In this document: positions 23,304-36,618 of the stretch, piece after piece
How positions within the stretch are numbered: position 1 is the first letter of the stretch
How the letters are laid out: each line of letters opens with the position of its first letter
DNA from: Neodothiora populina
Taxonomy: Eukaryota
Reading direction: 5' to 3'
Assembly: GCF_041146345.1 (NCBI RefSeq)
Contig: NW_027191405.1
Span: 1,860,001 to 1,924,000 of the forward strand
Length of the DNA: 64,000 nucleotides
Notes under the pieces: model-generated
Told to the model about the DNA's origin: nothing
Database searches by the model: none
What the model saw: only the letters and a program-made list of their open reading frames with translations
Translations under genes and position numbers: made by a program

Positions 23304-26300
23304 TCAAGTAAAGACATCGGTCGCGAAACGTGCGTTCCTCAGGCCTTCGTACCACACTCCAGCCTCTTCTTCGCTGCACGCTTTCCGCTCGATATGCAGC
23401 TTCTTGCTCACCTCACGCACACTGACTTCCAGATTGCGGCTTCCACAAACGAAAACCTTTGCGCCCTCGTCCCATAGTTTCAATACTTCCGTCTTGTGGG
23501 CAAGGATTTGATCCTGTACATACTTGCACTCATTGCTGAGTTCCGATCTTCTGCTGTATGCTCTGATGACCTTGACTGCGCCCATGCTCTCCCACTTGTC
23601 GAATTCCTGCCTGTATAATTCGTCCTTGTCTGGGTCTCTGCATCCCACGAAGAATAGGGCCGGTGCAATGGTGCGGCCTGCGCCGATCTGGGCAGCTCTC
23701 TCTTGTACGAAACCACGGAAAGGTGCGAGTCCCGTACCGGAGGCGACCATCATGACCGGTGTATTCTCTGCATCAGTAGGGGGGTGAAATGCGAGGCCAC
23801 TCTGTCGGACTGCAACATGTAGTGTGTCCCCAGTTGCCAATTTTGAGAGATAATTCGAGGCTACACCCACGTATTCTCCAGTGCCACTCATATGAGTCTG
23901 GTGCAACACCGAATATGTCAATGTTACGCGGTTGGGGTTCCAAAGTGGGGACGAGCTTATGGAATATTGGCGAGTCCGCATTGGTGGCAGACAGGCCAGG
24001 AAGGTACCGATAGGCAGGTGTACCGACGGATATTTGTCCAGGAGGTCAAGCACAGACACACGCTTCTCACTGACTTCTGCGGTATATGCATCGCCGGAAA
24101 GTCGTTCGAGTTCGGCTTTGCTATCATCGTCAGAGCATGCCTCTACTAGCATAAGAAGGTTTCGTCTTGTTGCTGGTTGGTTCAACTCCACGTAGGCGCC
24201 AAATAGATCCTGGGCTGACACTGGTACCCCTGTAGGAAGCATGGTGCCTGATGCTGTGGCACCAATGGTTAGAGTGCTGTCCCATGCGAGATCAAAGTGC
24301 CGCATAGCTCGCATCACGATCTCTGGAGGATTAATCGGAAGAATGGCAAGATAATCGCCTGATCTGTATGTCATGTTCGAGGGTAGTTGAATCTCAATGT
24401 GCCTTTTCTCCGGAGCGTCAGACGAAGACAGTGACCTCGCATCGAGCACCTTTGCCTCGTACACATCTGCGCGAAGATGGGAAGAGCGAACATTCGATAC
24501 TTCAACAGAGAGGCTTTAGTCGTGTTAGTAATTGGTCTCATAGGAAATAACGATGAGAGGGCTTACCTTGGTGCGGTCTCAGCTGTACTTTCAACCCCGT
24601 ATTTTCCTGAGACTGCAGTCCAGAATTTATCTTCACCGAAGACTTCGAAGTCGGAGAAAATATCCCCACTGGCCACATCGGCTCCACCTCTCTCACACAA
24701 TCGCTCGCCACCGTTCTTGGCTATTATTTCGTCGATCGAAGTAGGGATTCTATGGAAGGTAGCCTTCCAGTCACTATGTCCAGCACCAAAGACAGCATAT
24801 GCTACTCCGGTCAAGTCGCCCGGAGAAGTCTCCAACCAATTGTAAAATTGGGCGGCATTATCGCAGGGCTGCCCCTCATATGAAGCTGTGATGATCAGAA
24901 CAGGTCTGTCTTTGGGTATGTTGCCCTTGGCACTGTCTAAAGTGTCAACAGTCGCGGTGAAGCCGTGGGCTGGGGCATCAGAGCTCGCTCTTTGTGCAAG
25001 TGCCTGACACGTTCCAGTATTCGATCCATAGAGAATAGTCATCGGTTTGAGATCCTTGGCTGAGACAGCTGTGTCTTTAATGTTTCTGGCTACACCTTGA
25101 GCTTTTGATTGCACCTGGGATATCGGCATGGATGAAGCTAGTGACTGTTCCAGTTGGGTCGCTGTCAGTCCGTGTCGGATCTTAGCATTCATGTACAGGC
25201 CTTTGGGCTTGATGGTCAAGGTCTGCTTGATCTGAAGTTCGTACTCGGGGTCATTCAGACCAAGATCGAAGTATTGTAGAAGCATCACGGTAACGATCAA
25301 CGCTTCTTGCCAGGCGAAGGGTCTTCCAATACATGCTCTTTGGCCCTGACCGAAAGGTTTCCATGCGTTCTTCGGGAGTTTGTTAAAGTTTTCGTCGAGC
25401 ATTCTCTCAGGTTTCCATTCTTCTGCATCTTCACCATAGACAGCAGGGTCTCGGTGAATCTTTGGTAATAATGCCAGAATCGGCTCATTACCATATACAG
25501 TATATTTGCCACCACCGATAGTGTCAATTTCATTAAGTGGATGCAGGGTGAAGGCGGGCGCAGTCGGCTGGAGTCTCAGAGTCTCTCGGAGTACTGCAGT
25601 AATGTATGGCAATTTTGAGAGGTGCTCGACCTGTATAGAGCCATTACCGACCACTTGGTCAACCTCTTGTTGTGCTTTCGCGTAAGCAGCTGGATTCTTC
25701 AGAAGATAGTAGAAGACAAATGACAGCATGCCCGACGTTGTCTCATGACCCGCGATGAGGAATGTGATCATGTTATCAACAATACTGTCTGAAGTCAGAG
25801 ATTCTCCAGTCTTCGGGTCCTTGCCGTTGATCATGGCATTCAACAAGTCTTTCTTGTCTTCGGGATTATCTCTGCGAGTCTGAACGATCTCGTGACTCAG
25901 CTTTCGCATATATTCTAAAAGATGTCAGTTTATGTGCCCAAACAAAGACGTGATTATTCTTACCTATGTCTCTCCAATACTGGTACTCTTGATTCCTGTA
26001 GAAAATTGACAAGAGGCCCGAACGTCGCGCCCTATTACCACTCTCGATGAGAAAGTCGACCATAGCATCAACGAACGGATGCATTTTCTCCTGGTAAAAA
26101 GAGTTGAAGCGGTAGTTCATGCTGCAAAGTGCCAGCGTATCAAGGGTCAGGCGTGTGAAGTCGTCCGTGACGGGGATTTTGTAGTTAGGTCCATGCCTTG
26201 CCCACTTCATTACAAGTTGTGAGCCAATATCTTTCATGTCGTCAAACATTGCCCGGATGTTCCTTGAAAGAGAATTAGCCGTATTACAGCGTAAGCATCT

Positions 26301-26695
26301 ATGGAGTATCTTACAAAGGACCGAACGCTGGGACAAGCACTCGATGTGCGATCTCCCAGTTGTGCTCGCCGAGTTGCGCTGTGAAGAGACCATCGTGCGT
26401 GCCGTTTCGTACCTCTGCCAGGCCAGCTGATACCATTTTGGAGAATCTTTGTTCGTTACAAAGCTCGTCCATGAGTTCAACCGAAGAGATGACAACTCGG
26501 CGGTTTCCAGCCAGACTAAAGCTGAAGACCTCGCCTATCATGATGTAAGTAAAACTTGAATACTTGATTCGACATAGGTGTCATACCATATGTGTCGGCC
26601 AGCTTTGAAAGGGAAACTATTGGTAATTCTGCATCAACATCTCTGACGTTGCCTATTAATGGCAGGCCAGGAGGATGTGGAATCTCGGTGGTCAT
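23304..26695 (-). CDS. CYP505: Self-sufficient cytochrome P450 / NADPH-P450 reductase fusion, CYP505 family (P450foxy/BM3-like fatty acid hydroxylase)
   Basis: N-terminal [18 protein letters not shown]-helix AGHETT, ETLR, heme motif [13 protein letters not shown] loop [12 protein letters not shown] motif [19 protein letters not shown] and terminal RFATDVF. Introns 26535-26586, 26263-26314, 25915-25963 and 24514-24566 all keep frame. Confidence 0.96.
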
Positions 26696-27381
26696 TATCA
26701 ATAGATTGCAATAGCACGAGATGAACAAGGCAAATCGATATATGCAGTGATAAAACTAGAATGCCGTACGTGAAGGTAGAGAACCTGTACCCATAAACTA
26801 ACCTGGGTTGTCTTATATACCAAAAAATGTTTAGCTATTAAGGTCGCAACCATTACTGTATTTATCATGCATAAACGAAGACAACCCTTGCTTATGAGTC
26901 TCATGTTGCAGCTTGGAGTTGAGGTAGCGGGGTCGAATACGGGTAAGGCCAATTGTTGGCACAAGCACGGATCAGACTAATCCGTTCTGGGTGCGGCTTG
27001 CGAATGGACTCCTATACAATACCACTGTCATATCTTCTAACACTACGAATCAGCGGCAGCTTCTGTCTCGACTAGTGGTCAAAGAGCACATATTGATAGC
27101 CGGGCGTCGAAGATTGCTGACACAAGCTCTGGTATTGGCCTATTACTGCTCGATCGCAAGAGAACAAGAAAAGGAACAGCCTCGGTCACGGAACAACGAA
27201 CTCCCGTGCCGACCTTTTCCTGCATAATTGTTGACGTTGTCGATCAGCATAATTGTACATTCGACCTTCGTTTGTACTCCGCTGTCGTACTTTTCTATAT
27301 GTACAGATACTTCCACGCAGCTGTTCTTGCAGGCTAATCTTGCAGTGATGAACTCTCGAGTCACACACGTAACGGACGACG

Positions 27382-28687
27382 TCAAGCTTTGGTAACTCCA
27401 TCGCAAGGGCCACCCTTTCCAAACATAGCCTTGAGATCTTTGGCCACTTCTTCTGGTCTCTCCCAAGCCAGAAAGTGCCCTCCTGATGAATGTTCCCTTT
27501 CGTATACCACCGGGCCATGGGTCCTATTCAGAAGAGTGAGTATGATTCTACAATCAATTGTGCTTGAACTTACCTGGCCCAAGTTCGCGGTGGTACTCCG
27601 AGCTCTCTAGGAACATATGCAAGTCCCAACGGAACGCGATCAATCCACTGAGCTGTACGGTCGCGGGAGACGCTTGGAATGCCTTCAGGAGTCGGGTGTG
27701 TAGCCTCGTAATAGACACGACAAGTCGCTGCAGGACCGGCAGTCGAGAACCAATATATGCTCACCCATGTGAGGATCTCGTCATCGGTCCAGGGATACGA
27801 GTCTGTCCAATCGTGCAATTTCTCATAGATCCATGACAGAAGGGCAACTGGGCTATCTGTAAAGGCATAGCCAATGGTCTGAGGCTTCGTGCTTTGTAGC
27901 AGTCTGTAAGCGGAACCCTCGTTCAGGAACCAATTCATTCGAGTCAACCCCTCCTTCTCTGCTTGAGTGTATGGGGTGACGGCATGTTGTAATGCAAGCA
28001 CTGGGTTCTCGGCCCATGTTGGCGGATTCGCCCGAATCATGTTGATATGAGAGGCCTTGCAAAAGTCTGGATATCGCAGACCAACGGCTCTTGTAATCTA
28101 TATTCGACCATTAATCATATGTATAAAGATTTCGGATTAGAGGGAATTCGTACATAATAGCCCCAGTCTCCGCCTTGGGTCACGTACTTGGTATAACCAA
28201 GCTTTTGCATCAAGTTATGGCAGGCCTCTGCGTACTGCGCTAGACCAAAACCTTTCTTCGTCACACCACCAGACCAGCCATAGTTGGGCAGAGAAGGTGC
28301 GACTACGTTGAACTGGATACCAGATGCATCTTCAGTCAGCAAAGGTAACATCTTGCTAACTTCGAGATAACTGCCCGGCCATCCATGACAGAACAGCAGA
28401 GGTACGGCATCGTCGGATGATCGTTGGTGAATGAAGTGCATATCAATCTCTCCAAAGCCTTCCACAGCCACCGTTGTTTTGTAATTCGGTAGAGCATTCA
28501 GTTTTGACTCGGCTGCCTTCCAGTCGAAAGTCGTCTGCCAGTAGCTGGTCAACCGCTTGACATCCGCGAGCGGAGTTCCATACTGCCATCCAACGTCTTC
28601 GACTTCATCGGGAAATCGTGCAAGCGAAAGTCTTTGTTTGAGATCATTCAACTGGGCGTCAGATATCGAGATGTTGAAGCTTGCCAT
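27382..28687 (-). CDS. Epoxide hydrolase, microsomal/EHN type (alpha/beta hydrolase)
   Basis: EHN N-terminal domain ([28 protein letters not shown]), oxyanion motif HGWPGS, nucleophile QGGDWG and catalytic His GGHFLAWE. Introns 28098-28153 and 27524-27573. Confidence 0.95.
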
Positions 28688-29555
28688 GGCGGACTCCAAA
28701 ACAAATATAAGGTGTGACTATGCCGGTACAGCAAGAAGCTTGCCTTGCAAGTCTGTATGGAAATTCACAATCGCTTGTATACAATGACATACATATGCGG
28801 GGATATGGGGAAAGCCACAAAGCGGTATGTTCGGGGTCAAGGAACGGCATCTGTGGAGTGCGTGGCTTCGGCAAGTGTCACACAGCCAATCGGATGCTAC
28901 ATAATGGCGAAGGAATAATTAAGGTAAGTAGGTAGACACTCAGGCCAGGCAAACTGCTTTTCTCACTTGTATTTTCGATATTGCATGCGACTAGTAGGCT
29001 TATGTGTGTCCGGACGGACTAGGAAGGACCGTCGAGGTTGTGGACCCGTTTCGATCAGACAAAGCAAGACTGCTTGTTCTAGCTCAGGTTGACAAGTCGA
29101 TTACATGGCCACCTTATAGTAGGTGCTCTATCTCGATTGTCCTGACACAGCCCACAAACGGAAGTCTTGGATTGGCTTGGTTGTCCGATTCAAGTCTGTG
29201 ACATAGGACAAATCTATGGTTCAGTTCATGATTTACGCGAGGAACAACCGCTGACGCCTTTTCCGGAAGCTGGGCGCCGGGCTCGATCTGACTAGTCCTG
29301 CTTAGGGATATTGGAATGACCAGATGTTGGTAGACTAGTTGATCATCTCGTTTCCACCAAAACTACAAATATGTACTGCACTGTAGGCTCACGGCACAGC
29401 ATGATGGGACGGGAATCATGGTGACGATCTCTATCGTTGGCGTATGGATTTTGAGAATAAGAAGGTAGGAATACTCGCTTCCTCTCTCCCCTTCAATTTT
29501 TGCTCTATCACTAGTTCTTGTAGACAATCAGGCTATCGTCTCCCAGCCCTTCAAT

Positions 29556-31286
29556 ATGCGACCTTCATTGTCTTGTGTGGTGCTCTTGTCGTTATGTCAG
29601 TCGGTTATTTCTGCTCCTGCACCAAGCGCCGTGCCATCCCCAGCTCCTACGACACCAGCGCACATCGAAGACCGCGATCTTATTAGCGACGTTCTTGGGG
29701 ATGTCGGAGATGTCACTTCTGATCTGAACAAGGTCCTTTCCGACCTGGGAGCTGGCTCTCTCGTGGGTACCGCAGGATGGTCAGCCATTAGTTCAGCACT
29801 TGTTCCCATCACTGCTACCAAAACACAAACGAATGCTGCATCAGCGATCAGTACTCTGTCTGCAATCCATGCGGCCAAGCCCTCTGCGAATCTATATGAG
29901 TTCATTGCCTCGATCGTCGCGGAAGGTTTGACAACGGACTCTGTTGCAGACGCTTTGCAATTTGTTGACGGCATCCTGACTGGCGAAAACAACATGAACA
30001 ATGTGTACGTATTTTCATCGTCTCCATATTTTTTTATTGGTATCTAATTTTGGCGCAGTAACACTCGCAACCCAGCCACGCCGGTGTATCCTCAGAAAGC
30101 GTGCGGAGATGCTCCATACAGTCTTGATGAAGGAGCATTGAGAGCCGCGATATACATCCCTTCTACATTCACCTACGGAAAGGTTCCACCCGTGATATTG
30201 GTTCCAGGAACCGGTAACACTGGCTACATAACCTTCCAGGGAAATTTCATCCAATTGTTGACTGGAACAAGCTACGCCGACCCAGTATGGCTTAACATTC
30301 CAGGATATCTGCTTGGTGATGCTCAGATTAACGCTGAATATGTCAGTACTAGAATATGATGGTTTGCTGAAGAAGCTAAAATATCTTGCAGGTCGCATAT
30401 GCTATGAACTACATCACTGGGATTTCCGATCGTAATGCATCGGTCATTGCCTGGTCTCAGGGTAATATTGATACCCAGTGGGCCTTCAAGTACGTCTCAA
30501 TACCTAACGTGGTAGACCAACGAATGCTAAATATTGCTCAGATATTGGCCATCTACACGAAAAGTCATCTCCAACCATATTGCCATTTCTCCAGATTATG
30601 CCGGTACAGTATTGGCTGATCTTGTCTGTCCTGACGGACTGCCATGTGATCCAAGTGTCTTACAACAGCAATACTTGGGAAGCTCCAACTTCATTACTAC
30701 ATTGCGAAACAACAACGGAGACTCGGCCTACGTTCCCACGACTACACTGTATAGCGCACTGTTCGACGAAATCGTCGAGCCACAGGCAGGAACAGGTGCC
30801 TCGGCGTACCTCAATGATGCCCGTCGAGTAGGCGTCACGAACAACGAAGTCCAGACTGTTTGCGCTGGCTTGGCGGGTGGTAGCTTTTACACCCATGAAG
30901 GCATGCTTTACAATCCCTTAGCATTCGCGTTGGCCAAAGATGCACTCACGAATGGCGGACCTGGCCAGGTATCGCGCATTGATACAACTGCAGTTTGCAA
31001 CCAATATCTAGCCACTGGCCTGAACATTGGCGATTTTCTCTTGACGGAAAATGCAGTTCTCGTCGCCGGACTTGCCCTCATCACTTATCTTCCCAAAGCG
31101 ACCGAGGAGCCGGCGATCAGTGGCTACGCATTGAGCTCAGTCAGTACATGCAAGAGTTCCGCCTCATCAACAAAAACCTCCTCCACTTTGTCGACAAAGA
31201 CCTCCTCCACTCGCACAACGATCACTTCAAGCACGAAGACGTCATCGAAGTCAACATCGAAAATGTCGACTTCGACTAAACGTTGA
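29556..31286 (+). CDS. Secreted lipase B (Candida antarctica CalB-like) with N-terminal extension and Ser/Thr-rich tail
   Basis: Signal peptide, PVILVPGTG, nucleophile AWSQG (CalB TWSQG), DEIVEPQ (catalytic Asp) and YTHEG (catalytic His). Introns 30005-30058, 30342-30391 and 30490-30541. Confidence 0.92.
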
Positions 31287-32778
31287 TTGTGGGTTTCCAA
31301 GTTGAGATGACGAGACGCACGTTGATCTTTACCAAATCATTCGCTCGTTAGACGGCGATTTTGCCTTTCTGTGCTTGATCAAACACGATTCGGATATGTT
31401 AGCTAACGGCTCCACGAGTTTCACGATCTTCTTGATTCATCTCTTACATGCTGAGATGTCTTCTCACGTAATGCTAATGTACATGTCAAAATTTAATGCT
31501 TGCCTTCACCAAGTCCATCGAAAGTCCCGAATTCATACCATGTCTACTTTCGCACAAAACGTAAATCGTAAAACTCGAACCAAACCTCAAAGTCGGGGTC
31601 TCCTCCGTCAAGGTCGAAGTGAATCTGCTAACCATGACTCCCCGATGAGGCTGAACCATAAAGGAGACAAGCTTCTGGCTGCCCCTAACGGTCGTGACGC
31701 ATTCGGGAAATGTTAAATCCAACTCTCCCCTCGTGGCGTCGATGAGTTTCCCTGTATGGTCGACACAAGACTGGATACATGCCGCTGGCAATGTAGGAGT
31801 AGATCCACATACTGCCCTTGCATAAGATACTTGTACGAATAGAAGTGCTATACCATCGCAGCCTTGAAGATCTACAGTACATAAGAAACCTAAGTATCTT
31901 AGCCGAGGCGATCTCCATCGTGCTGATCGACATGGCACACGTCATGGAGCGCCCCCTTATCATCGTCATCATCGTTGACAAGTACCACAAAACGCCCCTC
32001 GGGGATTTGATCCATTCCTCAAGCTTCTTTCGCCCTTTGGCTGTGTGGGTCCTGCAGGGGTCATGAACCTTATATGCGCATTCGTGAGGTGAGCTTGGTA
32101 CTACGTCTTTCCGCCTTGTGTCGAGGAATAGAATTGCGGTTTTGGCGCCGCGCAGTGTAAGTCGCTGTGAAGCCCTGGAGTAACATTCATTTTACCCTGT
32201 CATGAGATGGGTTTGTTGGTTCGGAGGATCTTGAGTTACGGAGATTGGCAGGGTGGCGGTGGGTTGCGATTCTACTGTACAAGTACCATATGGTTCATGA
32301 TGCCTGAGTGGAGTCTTCTATTGCCTTTCTATTCCCGTGTCATCCCTAATCTTTTGCGGGTCTGCACTGGACATCGGCATGGCTTGCGTGTCTACAGGTA
32401 CAATACCGTAGCCCCATAACCCGGAACAAGGAAAGTCGCTCGAATTGGTAGTTCTACGCTTCACGGACTTCACAACTGGACTTCGTTTACCAAGGTTGAA
32501 GACCGGATCGGTCAGGTACCAGTAATACTCTTTGCTTGTTGGATCGCAAGGTGTAATCCATCATTGTGTGGCACAAGTCCCACCATCGCTTGTCATATGC
32601 ACTTCCTTTCTACCAGCAGATTCACCCTCGTGTCCTTCATATCTGTAATAACAATACGTGAGGTGGTCATTTCGTCATCGCTGAGGCATCCGCTGTTTGT
32701 CCATCATAATCGGTATCGGACCGTAGTCATTGGAGACGTCGTATGCGCCGTAATTTGTGCAGCATTTTCCCAAACAAA

Positions 32779-33413
32779 TCACAGCGGCAGATATTCAAGT
32801 GCTCTGAGTATGATTCGAGCATACAGCGGCTGCGCGCAACACATATCAGCCAGATGCGACCAAAAAGAGATTCTTTCGAACATACCGTGCGTAACGACCT
32901 TACTCCATCACTTCCGATGGTTGCGACCGTGGTACTAGCAGCGACGATGAATCCATTGGTAGTAGTAGCAGTACCGGTTCCTGAAGTTTGGGACGTTCCA
33001 CTCGCTAAGACCAGCCCGTTCGTTGTGCTGGAACTCCCCGCACTGGTTACCAAGCCGGCGTCACTTGTGGAGGCCACGCTACCTCCCGCTGCAATGGTGC
33101 CTCCGGTGACAATTCCAGTGATGGTGCCGGTACAGGTCGCTCCCGAAGGACAGCACGCAACGTAGCCATTGTTGTCCGCTGTACAAATCTGACTGTTTGC
33201 ACAACACAGGTTCGCCGCTCCTTCGTTGGTACAGGCTTTATAACTTGATGGACATGCGTCTGATTGGCGCTTCAATAGATCGTGGGATGTTTCGTTATTC
33301 GTGACTTGTGCGTCCCATGAGTCGAACGCTGATAAGAAGGGCGAGAAGAGCGAAGCATTTGACAGCACAACAAAAAGTAGAAGCTCCAAAACAATAGAAG
33401 AGCGTACACGCAT
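32779..33413 (-). CDS. Small secreted Cys-rich, Ser/Thr/Gly-rich cell-surface protein, possibly GPI-anchored
   Basis: Signal peptide, a Kex2-like LLKR site, an 8-Cys module (CPSSYKAC..LCC..IC..ACCPSGATC) and a S/T stalk. Intron 32830-32885 gives the end SLRTPLYARIILRALEYLPL*. Confidence 0.8.
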
Positions 33414-34342
33414 CGTGGATGTCAGTAGGCAGCTGCTGGAATGCAGCTTGCGATGACGGAGGAGCTTCCGTCAATTCGTGTAACTGTATGAAGTATTAGC
33501 TATTCAGCATTCCTGAACGTTGGTACGCTTCTCGATAAACCATACAGGTTGATTCGCTCAGGCCCTTCGAGTACCGGCAGTAATGTTAGATACAACGTTC
33601 GAAAGATAGGTGGAAGAGCTACCGTTGCACTATCTAACCTCATGTACTGTCTATCTTATAACTTGGGTAGGTATGTTTTGACTTGGCGCGGTTGGCAGGT
33701 GAGCGGATAGTTCTGTGGCCCGGGCTCCCACACTGCACTGGAGTGGGATGACGCTGCAAACACTGTCATATCGATGATCGAGTTGACATTAATTGATACA
33801 TTTCAGTCAATGTCAGGGACAGAATGTAGATGACATTCACTTGTGTTAAGACTGTAATGACTAATAAGTGACCATAACACGCTAATTTGTGCTCTCTACG
33901 TGCTGCACAGCATCAGTGTAGCTTTGATCAGATATTGTCACCTTTCTTGACTTTTTCTCCCCAATCTACTGCTGGCCGCCAGTAAGTGCGTAGGACCAGA
34001 CGAAAAGATGTGATGGGGTATTCAGAATATCCGTATCCCTTGTCGAACATTGTCGAGCGCATCATCGGTCGATTCACATATTACACGCACCTTGGAGGAG
34101 CAAAATTATGTCACCTCTAACGTCCATCGTTCTTGCCCTCATCAGACAATTTGACGAGCGACTCGCGGGTCGCTCTTACCGCGCGAGTACGCTATGCTAC
34201 AGTATCTCAGAGATGACATATCTTACCGTACCTTGTTTGGAGGTAGGATTGGAATCAGTATGATAGTCTGAAATGATATACTTGTTTGTGACAGTCAGTG
34301 TGAATAGAATTGCTACATACAGGTTCTACAGCATTCCCCATC

Positions 34343-36053
34343 ATGGCATACTTTGCGAGAGCCAGAATGATAACGGCATCTTCTTTTCTTTTCCTGACCT
34401 GTGCGAGCTTACTGGCGACGGCTGCTGGATCCCACACTAATTGCGAAGCAATCACGTCCAGCGGAGTTGTTGCTGTATCTGAGTATGTCTCTTGGTCTCT
34501 TGATCACATCCATACGTGGTGTAAAGATCACGATCCCTCCGCAAAGAATCAGTGTGCTTGTAAGTCTTGCAGTGCGATGCGAAGACCACCTGCTGACCTT
34601 GGAGAAAGCATTCGCATGGCCGTCCGATGTTGCTATGCCAAAGTACAAGAAGTTTCGCCGGAACATCATCGAATGGTTATTGACAGTACGCCCCAATATC
34701 GGTACGCGGCCGGACTGCATAACAAGATCTGCGGCATTGGGTATAAACACGACGTCGAACGGGGCTGGTCTGGTCGAAGCGGTGACATGCGACCTGTATG
34801 ACTTCGGCAAGCATCGCCATGAAGAATGTGTATGTTTTCCAGTCTACGCCGATCATATCGTGACTGAATATGTCATTCACAACGACGTACGAACGCTACA
34901 CACGACGACGTCAGTGTTCTACCCTCCTGAGCAAGTGATGCAGAGTGTACTGCTTGCGGCAGCAGAGGAAGGACCCCCATTCGGCAAAGCAGCGAAGGTC
35001 ATGCAGCGTGAGCCTCGACAAAATGGCTGTTTCCCATACTGCCCACTGCCAGGCTCTGTACCGAAGGCTGATGTCGTACGCCGTACTGCCGTCGAAACAA
35101 TCACTAAAACAGCAAAACACGGGAGTAAAACAACTATGACAACAACATATCCTCCTGTTCCGACGACAACGCCAGATTGCAACGATGTGACTTTCTATGC
35201 CAAACGCAAAGCTTCGGCCTGCGGAATCGATATCTGCATGTGGGATTTCATCAAAAACTACACGTCCACAGTCAGCGATTGGGTGACGTTCTCGGATGCC
35301 AGGGGTAATGCACTACGCGCAGACTGGAACACGACATTTTTCCTGGTGACGACGACACATTGGGGCACCTTCCCACCGTTTTCTGATCCTTCCGAAATGA
35401 GTAGCGCGAAGAGGACAGATCCTTGGAGCCATGGCATGGTAGGTTCGTATTCACGCTATCTCACATCTATCGGACTGCCTCCACCCAAAGACGAGGGGCA
35501 GAAAGTGTTGGGGATGAAAGTGAAGGAAGTCAAGGCAGCCTGCCACAACGAGACGGATTGCTGGCGTTACTGCGAGAAGCGACAAAAGAAGGCCAAGACT
35601 CAGCTGCTCCAACTGATGGGTTTTGCAACAGTGATTACAACCATTGCACTTCTGGGTATGGCATGGACACTGTCGGCTAAATGGAGGAAGGAGACTTGGG
35701 ATGGGCAGTCTCCAAAGTGGATGAAGAAAGGAGGAGGCGGGCCGCAGGACCCGGCACCGGCAGAAGCAGTAGAGACCGAGGCAGGAAATGGACATGAGAG
35801 GGGAGCAACGCAGGTACAGGCGCAAGACGGAAATGCTGGTGCAGTGGGGACGATGGGCAAAGCCGCCGAAGAAGGCAGGGGCAGACCTCGAGTGCGCTTC
35901 TTTCCAGACGATCAGATTGCTAGCGCGCATGGAGAGAATGGGGCAGGCAACGGAGTTCGGCGAGTCAGCGGAAGGAATGCCTTGTTCGAGGTGAGCGAGA
36001 GGGGCAGTATCAGAAGCCGAGTACCTTCTCTGGCGGATCAAGCAGGGCAGTGA
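34343..36053 (+). CDS. Orphan type I membrane protein with Cys-rich ectodomain
   Basis: The signal peptide in ORF 34310-34801 (ATG 34343 or 34367) joins ORF 34401-36053 through intron 34560-34608 (GTAAGT..GCTGAC..AAG). Single TM LLQLMGFATVITTIALLGMAWTLSA followed by a basic stop-transfer segment. Confidence 0.7.
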
Positions 36054-36618
36054 CTCTGTCTGCAGTAGAAGAGGATGGCAGATGGCTTCCAGTGAGACGA
36101 GTGGAAGCACAGGTTTGCGGGTCTCGCGATGAGCAGAGGAGGTCACAGGAAGGTAGGTATTTCTACAAGAGCATGTATTTATCGAAGCATGTCATAAATT
36201 TGCAGAGCTGTGTCCTGTGAAGATTGTACCAGTGACACAATACAGCACGACAAGGGCAGTAGTCATTCATATTCTTCATCGATCTACCAGGTATAATTCC
36301 ATTCTCTCGAGGAGTAGAAATGCGAGGTTCGGTGGATGAAAATAGAGTAGAGGTGTTGTGTTCAGTATTACAGTAAAGTGGAGTGCGGAGTGGGTCCGAG
36401 CGTTGCGGTATACAGTGCAAAGTGGAAGGTACAGTCTCAAAACAGCAAGAGCAGTTACTCCGACTTGACCATCTTTATTGCTGCAGCTGTAAATCATCCT
36501 CTCCCTCATCTCCATTTCCCCTCACTAAACCATCCCCATCCCCACCTCCATCGCCATCGCCATCGCCATCAGAATAATTCGACGACTTCTTCATCGCATC
36601 TTCACACCACCAGCAAGA

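Noticed and set aside
27361..27384. TGA-C stop of the epoxide hydrolase as a cryptic peroxisomal readthrough
   Set aside because: The extension would be only RRPLRV*, with no PTS1, and the context is TGA-CGT.
31480..32070. Short ORFs between the lipase and the Cys-rich gene (possible gene relic with DDDDDK)
   Set aside because: I could not assemble a consistent spliced model or recognise any motif.
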